Source: a virus
IMG/VR virus record: IMGVR_UViG_3300045988_176129
Location: 1-24,699 of that record
Reading direction: 5' to 3' (one strand)
DNA length: 24,699 nt
Within the stretch, counting starts at the first letter, position 1. Every line of letters starts with the position of its first letter. Below the pieces are notes generated by a model. The model worked only from the letters and a program-made list of their open reading frames with translations. It searched no databases and had not been told where the DNA came from. Below, one piece after another: positions 20,740 through 24,699 of the stretch. The translations under genes were made by a program, and so were the position numbers.

Positions 20740-20930
20740 AGCGGAGTCCCCGATAAAAGGTTCTATATGGCTTGGCTTTTGGTTGAAAGGGTTTTGCCTT
20801 ATATGGCTTGGAAAAATGTTGAAAGGCTTATTTGATTGCTGCGCAATCAAAACGCTGAAGATTTGGGGCAAGCCCCAAATCTTATAGATAGTATATATAT
20901 GGGATAGATTTATGTTGAAAGGAGGAGGAG
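20740..20930. repeat. cluster of direct and inverted repeats
   Basis: TATATGGCTTGG...GTTGAAAGG occurs twice plus a third partial copy. Palindromes TTGATTGC-tgc-GCAATCAA and AAGATTTGGGG-caa-GCCCCAAATCTT. Confidence 0.5.
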
Positions 20931-21039
20931 AAAAAGAAGTCTTTTTTTATATTATAACATATATTATATATTATTTCAAATAAGATATACGGAAGACGAA
21001 ATACGAAGAACGGGTAAGGTTAGGCCGGTGGCCACCTCT

Positions 21040-21150
21040 ATCCCTCATTTACATGGTTGGCATCCCTCATTCACATGATTTTATATGATTTACATAATTT
21101 TATCCACTATCCACATAATAACTCTTACCTCTTATCCATTTATATAAATT
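21040..21150. promoter_or_regulatory. DnaA-box-like motifs plus short direct repeats in an AT-rich stretch; candidate origin or regulatory region
   Basis: TTATCCACT (21100-08) and CTATCCACA (21107-15) each match 8/9 of the consensus TTATCCACA. TTATCCATT at 21131-39. CCCTCATTYACATG is repeated twice. Confidence 0.35.
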
Positions 21151-21170
21151 ATCTCTCATATACAAAACAA

Positions 21171-21196
21171 AAGGATATAGTGTTACCTATATCCTT
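21171..21196 (-). terminator. terminator for the minus-strand gene 22005->21187
   Basis: AAGGATATAG-tgttac-CTATATCCTT overlapping the stop. The minus-strand flank is TTGTTTTGT. Confidence 0.45.
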
Positions 21197-22005
21197 AAAC
21201 TATCTACCAATTCTTTTATTGCCCCTAATTGACTTTCAATATTATTTAACTTCTCATCATAAAATAATTCTCTTCTTTGCGGAACTACATCAAACTTATA
21301 AGGGGTTGTTACCCCACCCACATTATATCTAGGTTTAAAATATTCTATAAATATCTTCTCTATATGTGCTAATTCATATCTACTAACACTTTCACTTTCA
21401 AATATAACTCTAAAAGAGATATTTTCTAACCCTATTTCATGCAGCTCTTTATACATAATATTAAAAATACCTTCTTTTATTTTATCTACATGTTCCTTAA
21501 TTCTTATAGTAATAGGTCTACAAGTCATTCCTACATATAACAAATCTTCTCCACAATAAATACCATAAATATATCCTTTATTCTTCCCATCTTCTATCTT
21601 CCCTGCATACATGCCCATCTCAATCTCTACTTCTTCTATATGTGATCTAAGCTCTTCTAAACCATCTCCATATGGAACCAAATGAGCCAACATTTTATAT
21701 ACATGCCCAATTATCATTCCATATTTTCCTCTGGGCACTATCCCCAAAGCCTTAGACAAAAGAATAGGACCAAAAGCCAATAACCAATCTCTAATGTCAT
21801 CCATTCCCTCTTTATAAACAACCTCTTTATTAGAATAATAACCAAAAGCATTCCTTAAATCTACAAAACACTTTTCTTCTTCAAAGCGGAAATGAGTGAA
21901 TCCGTACTCCTCTTGATGTTCATATAAATACTTATATACCGGAATAATATACTCCTTATTTAATATTCCACACTTACCAAAATTTACTGTTTCTACTTCT
22001 TGCAT
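21187..22005 (-). CDS. GIY-YIG domain protein with the nuclease motif in the central/C-terminal half
   Basis: KGYIYGIYCGEDLLYVGMTCRPITIRIKEHV matches GIY-X10-YVG...R...E. The N-terminal 140 aa are unrecognised. Confidence 0.55.
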   Translation of the reverse strand: MQEVETVNFGKCGILNKEYIIPVYKYLYEHQEEYGFTHFRFEEEKCFVDLRNAFGYYSNKEVVYKEGMDDIRDWLLAFGPILLSKALGIVPRGKYGMIIGHVYKMLAHLVPYGDGLEELRSHIEEVEIEMGMYAGKIEDGKNKGYIYGIYCGEDLLYVGMTCRPITIRIKEHVDKIKEGIFNIMYKELHEIGLENISFRVIFESESVSRYELAHIEKIFIEYFKPRYNVGGVTTPYKFDVVPQRRELFYDEKLNNIESQLGAIKELVDSLRI

Positions 22006-22083
22006 CTTATAATCTCCTTTAAAATTATTGTCGGTTTTTCTAAGAAAAATTTTTCGTGAATTGGAGAAGCGAAGCTTCGTAAA

Positions 22084-22363
22084 TTCCGAAAATTTTTCGG
22101 AATATATATATAGAAAAATAAACTGAAAGATTTTCTGAGGATTTTCCGAAGAATTTATTTAATTTTCCGAATTTTTTCTGAAAATTCATTAGATTCTTCG
22201 GAAAAATACTTAATTTTCCGAAATTTTTCTGAAAAAAATTCATTTAATTTTCCGAATTTTTTCTTAATAATTTTCCGAAAAATTTTAATACCCCTATTAA
22301 AATTTAAAAGCCCCTATTTGAACTTTTTCCGGAAATTTTTCTTTTTCAAAAGAATTTTCCGAA
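22084..22363. repeat. array of about 10 TTCCGAA/TTCTGAA-centred palindromes resembling CodY boxes (AATTTTCWGAAAATT)
   Basis: Examples: AATTTTCCGAATTTT, TTTTTTCTGAAAATT (13/15), AATTTTCCGAAATTT (13/15), AATTCCGAAAATTTTTCGGAA, TTTTTCCGGAAATTTTT. Spacing ~22-35 bp. Lies in the 290-bp gap upstream of the 22005 gene start and runs into the 3' end of the next ORF. Confidence 0.6.
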
Positions 22364-22731
22364 TACTCCCCCCTATTTTTCCAACCTGGCTGTTCATAAA
22401 TAGCCTTCTTTTTTTTCTCATCCCAGCCATTTAATTTTGCGATAGTAGGCGCATTATACCCCTCCCCCGCCATTTTCTTTATTATTTCTTGTTCTTCTTC
22501 TGTAAAAATACCAGGTCTTCCAACTTTCTTATATTTTTTATTCATATTATCTATTTGACTTTTGATAGAATTAAAATACCCTTGAACATATCTACTATCA
22601 GTAAGAGCAACTTCTTCCCCATATAAAGCATAAATATTAATTCTATAATTTAATTCTGCAAACTCTTCTACTTTCATGGTATCTTTTACATCATCAAGCC
22701 ATTTTTTTTGTATAGGAAAACTATTTGACAT
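22297..22731 (-). CDS. hypothetical protein with Hin/resolvase-type C-terminal HTH (GRPGIFTEEEQEIIKKMAGEGYNAPTIAKLNGW)
   Basis: 144-aa ORF. Confidence 0.55.
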   Translation of the reverse strand: MSNSFPIQKKWLDDVKDTMKVEEFAELNYRINIYALYGEEVALTDSRYVQGYFNSIKSQIDNMNKKYKKVGRPGIFTEEEQEIIKKMAGEGYNAPTIAKLNGWDEKKKKAIYEQPGWKNRGEYSENSFEKEKFPEKVQIGAFKF

Positions 22732-22733
22732 AA

Positions 22734-22922
22734 TTACTCCTTTCCACGAATCCTCTTAAAATCTTCGTTAAAAGTTTCATCATTTTCAAATATCCACATA
22801 ATTTTATCTTTATAACGCGGATTATCTTGTGTCATAAAAATACTATGTCCCATCCGCACTAATTCCATAGCATAATCAAGCTTATAAATCATTATATACT
22901 TTGGTTCTGTTCTGTTCTGCAC
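22734..22922 (-). CDS. hypothetical protein (62 aa, GTG start)
   Basis: AAGGAG SD 9 nt before the GTG at 22922. Confidence 0.45.
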   Translation of the reverse strand: MQNRTEPKYIMIYKLDYAMELVRMGHSIFMTQDNPRYKDKIMWIFENDETFNEDFKRIRGKE

Positions 22923-22928
22923 TTGCGT

Positions 22929-23087
22929 TTACTCCTTATATTTTATTTCATAATTTGCGGACTTGCCATATCCAATCTTCGTAATAGCAATGCCCTTTTT
23001 TGCGTAAGTCTCTTGTGTTCGTTTAAAGTTTTGTTTAATTGTACTTTCTTTTATTTTTAATTCTTTTGCTAACTCACTAAGAGTCAA
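22929..23087 (-). CDS. small HTH DNA-binding protein (52 aa, TTG start), Xis/AlpA-like regulator
   Basis: GGAGGTG SD 7 nt before the TTG. (M)TLSELAKELKIKESTIKQNFKRTQETYAKKGIAITKIGYGKSANYEIKYKE. Not in the track. Confidence 0.4.
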   Translation of the reverse strand: MTLSELAKELKIKESTIKQNFKRTQETYAKKGIAITKIGYGKSANYEIKYKE

Positions 23088-23132
23088 AATATTTCACCTC
23101 CTTATTACTTACATTATAATATAAAAATTACT

Positions 23133-23151
23133 TTAAACAAATTGTTTAAAC
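23133..23151. promoter_or_regulatory. perfect palindrome TTTAAACAA-A-TTGTTTAAA overlapping the putative -35 of the HTH gene promoter
   Basis: Minus strand reads TTGTTT-16 nt-TATAAT and then GGAGGTG-TTG. An autoregulatory operator is plausible. Confidence 0.35.
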
Positions 23152-23156
23152 TTGAC

Positions 23157-23190
23157 CAAAAAAAATAAGGGGCAAGCCCCTCAAAGAAAC
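23157..23190 (-). terminator. rho-independent terminator for the minus gene 23623->23228
   Basis: Minus strand reads GAGGGGCTTGCCCCTTA then TTTTTTTTGG. Confidence 0.55.
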
Positions 23191-23227
23191 CTACCCCCTA
23201 ATCATTACTAGATCCATTAATCAACCC

Positions 23228-23623
23228 TCATATAATAAATACCGCCCAAGTTAAAATAACCTGTGAAATATGAATCAACTGATCTTGGATAAGATTAATT
23301 ATTTTTTTATTTGCCTTACTATCATCCACTATGCAATGAATTGCCCAATTAAAACAAAACATAAATAAATATATCTTATATGCTAACTCATTTGAATTAA
23401 AGTATAGATAAATTGTTGGAATCAACATAATCATAAAAGTCCAACTAAAAGCATGTTCACACAAAGCCATAATATAATCATTCTTATATAACTCATCTGG
23501 GGTATTACTTTCCCACCATGACTTTTGTTTAGCAGAAGCCAACCATCCCTGCAAATAATAGTCATCCACAATATGACAAAATAACATGCCTAGTAATAAA
23601 ATTATTTTTAAATACATAAGCAT
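23228..23623 (-). CDS. integral membrane protein (4 TM) with duplicated H(I/C)VDD motif
   Basis: 131-aa hydrophobic ORF. HIVDDYY and HCIVDD each sit at a helix end. Confidence 0.6.
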   Translation of the reverse strand: MLMYLKIILLLGMLFCHIVDDYYLQGWLASAKQKSWWESNTPDELYKNDYIMALCEHAFSWTFMIMLIPTIYLYFNSNELAYKIYLFMFCFNWAIHCIVDDSKANKKIINLIQDQLIHISQVILTWAVFII

Positions 23624-23629
23624 TACACC

Positions 23630-23980
23630 CTAACGTTCTATTATACCAGCTTTTCTTCTTTTTCCTCTTTTTATAACGCAGAATCCATGAATAGGCTCAA
23701 TTCCATATGAAGCTTCATCAACTTTCTTAATATCAGGCAACTCCGATTCAAAACCTCTAAAAGCTATCTTTTTATATGAAGGAGCTTTACCAGGGAAAAA
23801 ACCATCATTCCACATATCTAAATACTCATTCAAAGTTTTCTCTTTTAATAAAGAATAATATCTGCTATAATAACGTTCTCCGGGTTGATAACTCTCATAA
23901 ACTTTCATATCCATCACTACATAATAATCATCATCATAAATAATAACATCTCCAATACGCGGAATATACTTCTCCCCCAT
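23630..23980 (-). CDS. hypothetical protein (116 aa)
   Basis: ORF tightly packed with its neighbours. Confidence 0.55.
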   Translation of the reverse strand: MGEKYIPRIGDVIIYDDDYYVVMDMKVYESYQPGERYYSRYYSLLKEKTLNEYLDMWNDGFFPGKAPSYKKIAFRGFESELPDIKKVDEASYGIEPIHGFCVIKRGKRRKAGIIER

Positions 23981-23982
23981 AT

Positions 23983-24249
23983 CTACATCTCCTTTATTTC
24001 TTCCTTAATCTCCGCCTGCCGCCTTTCAATTACTTCAAGCATTGCCGCCTTTAACTCTTTCTCTGTTGTTTTATCAAGAGAATAAAATGATATTGTATCA
24101 AAATATTTAAACCAATCCTCACGATTATTAAAGCCTATTCTTTTTTTAAACATCTGACAGTTAGAAGAATATATTATCTTTCGCATTTTTTCTAACTTAT
24201 TATATGAATCCCACAATTTATTCACTTCACCTATTGCTTCTATCTTCAT
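23983..24249 (-). CDS. hypothetical protein (88 aa)
   Basis: GGAGATG SD. Overlaps the upstream ORF by 4 nt. Confidence 0.55.
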   Translation of the reverse strand: MKIEAIGEVNKLWDSYNKLEKMRKIIYSSNCQMFKKRIGFNNREDWFKYFDTISFYSLDKTTEKELKAAMLEVIERRQAEIKEEIKEM

Positions 24250-24614
24250 CTAAGCTCAACCTCTCCAAATTCCTTAGTATCATCTCTAAATACCTTATAT
24301 CCACAATACTTTGCTAAAATCCCTACTCCAGTATTAAACTCATCAAGAGACTCCTTATTCATAAAAATATAAGGGTCATATCCTTCCTCTGTCTTAAACT
24401 GATTAATCTTTTTATCTAATTTTCTTGTATCTAATCCTTTCCTTGTTATTGAAAAAATCTTCTTCATTTCTTTATTTTCCTCCACTTCATAAAACATTAA
24501 GCCTACATTATTACCTTTATAACCCTCTATCTCTTCACACAACTTATAGCGGCCGCCCCGCTCTATTTCTTCTACCATATTAGACACATTATCCTTAGGC
24601 ACAATAATAAACAT
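24246..24614 (-). CDS. hypothetical protein (122 aa)
   Basis: ORF with an AAAGGGGTG SD region. Confidence 0.55.
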   Translation of the reverse strand: MFIIVPKDNVSNMVEEIERGGRYKLCEEIEGYKGNNVGLMFYEVEENKEMKKIFSITRKGLDTRKLDKKINQFKTEEGYDPYIFMNKESLDEFNTGVGILAKYCGYKVFRDDTKEFGEVELR

Positions 24615-24699
24615 AACTTACACCCCTTTTAAAGAATTTCTTCACTATCCTCGCGATTCAACCCATTCAATAACTCATCTATATCAACCATATCAGCTT

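Noticed and set aside
20650-21332. ORFs 20650..20871(-) and 21057..21332(+)
   Set aside because: Lie in the repeat and DnaA-box region. No SD. They cross a terminator hairpin.
22040-22243. Minus ORF 22040..22243 (67 aa, FGKL-repetitive)
   Set aside because: It is a translation of the TTCCGAA repeat array. It has low complexity and no SD.
22084-22363. Rex box (TTGTGAA-N4-TTCACAA) or heat-shock-element interpretation of the TTCnnGAA units
   Set aside because: The half-site is TTCCGAA/TTCTGAA flanked by A/T runs. That fits CodY (AATTTTCWGAAAATT) much better than Rex. An HSE is eukaryotic.
23885-24085. Plus ORF 23885..24085
   Set aside because: Antisense to minus genes. Poly-Ile low complexity.

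Overview
AT-rich (~30% GC) segment that looks like a tailed-phage genome from a low-GC Gram-positive host. The left end (1-4709, minus strand) carries a packaging block. It contains a terminase large subunit gene split into an ATPase exon and a nuclease exon by a ~1.1-kb insertion. That insertion encodes a free-standing GIY-YIG homing endonuclease and is a probable group I intron. A zinc-ribbon protein gene (possible small terminase) and a hypothetical protein gene sit upstream, all driven by a sigma-A-like promoter at 4759-4788. Positions 4813-20520 are a plus-strand early/'host-takeover'-like module. It holds about 27 near-consensus sigma-70-type promoters (TTGACA-17-TATAAT), strong SD sequences, many 40-150 aa ORFs and rho-independent terminators. 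Recognisable products are a Dam-family N6-adenine methyltransferase, a SLOG/DUF2493-like protein, a DEDDh 3'-5' exonuclease, a HAD-type 5'(3')-deoxyribonucleotidase-like protein, a lipoprotein, several small membrane proteins, and a tandem paralog pair. The intergenic regions are far more structured than ORFs can explain. A ~150-bp cassette recurs at least 8 times. It consists of a conserved 35-nt hairpin element, a G-quadruplex-type G-tract or GC hairpin, and a leftward-facing extended -10 promoter (TGnTATAAT). That promoter would make short antisense or non-coding RNAs ending at bidirectional terminators. Several of these leftward promoters face a plus-strand promoter across a shared palindromic GC hairpin. 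A 1.1-kb ORF-free region (7623-8754) contains tandem ~20-bp iterons and a promoter with no ORF. TGCACAA operator-like motifs are strongly enriched. Two tRNA-like elements flank one member of the paralog pair. The right end (20520-24699) switches to minus-strand genes. These include a second GIY-YIG-domain protein and small HTH proteins. Preceding them are a repeat and DnaA-box-like cluster (20740-21150) and an array of about 10 CodY-box-like palindromes (22084-22363). No rRNA or CRISPR array is present.
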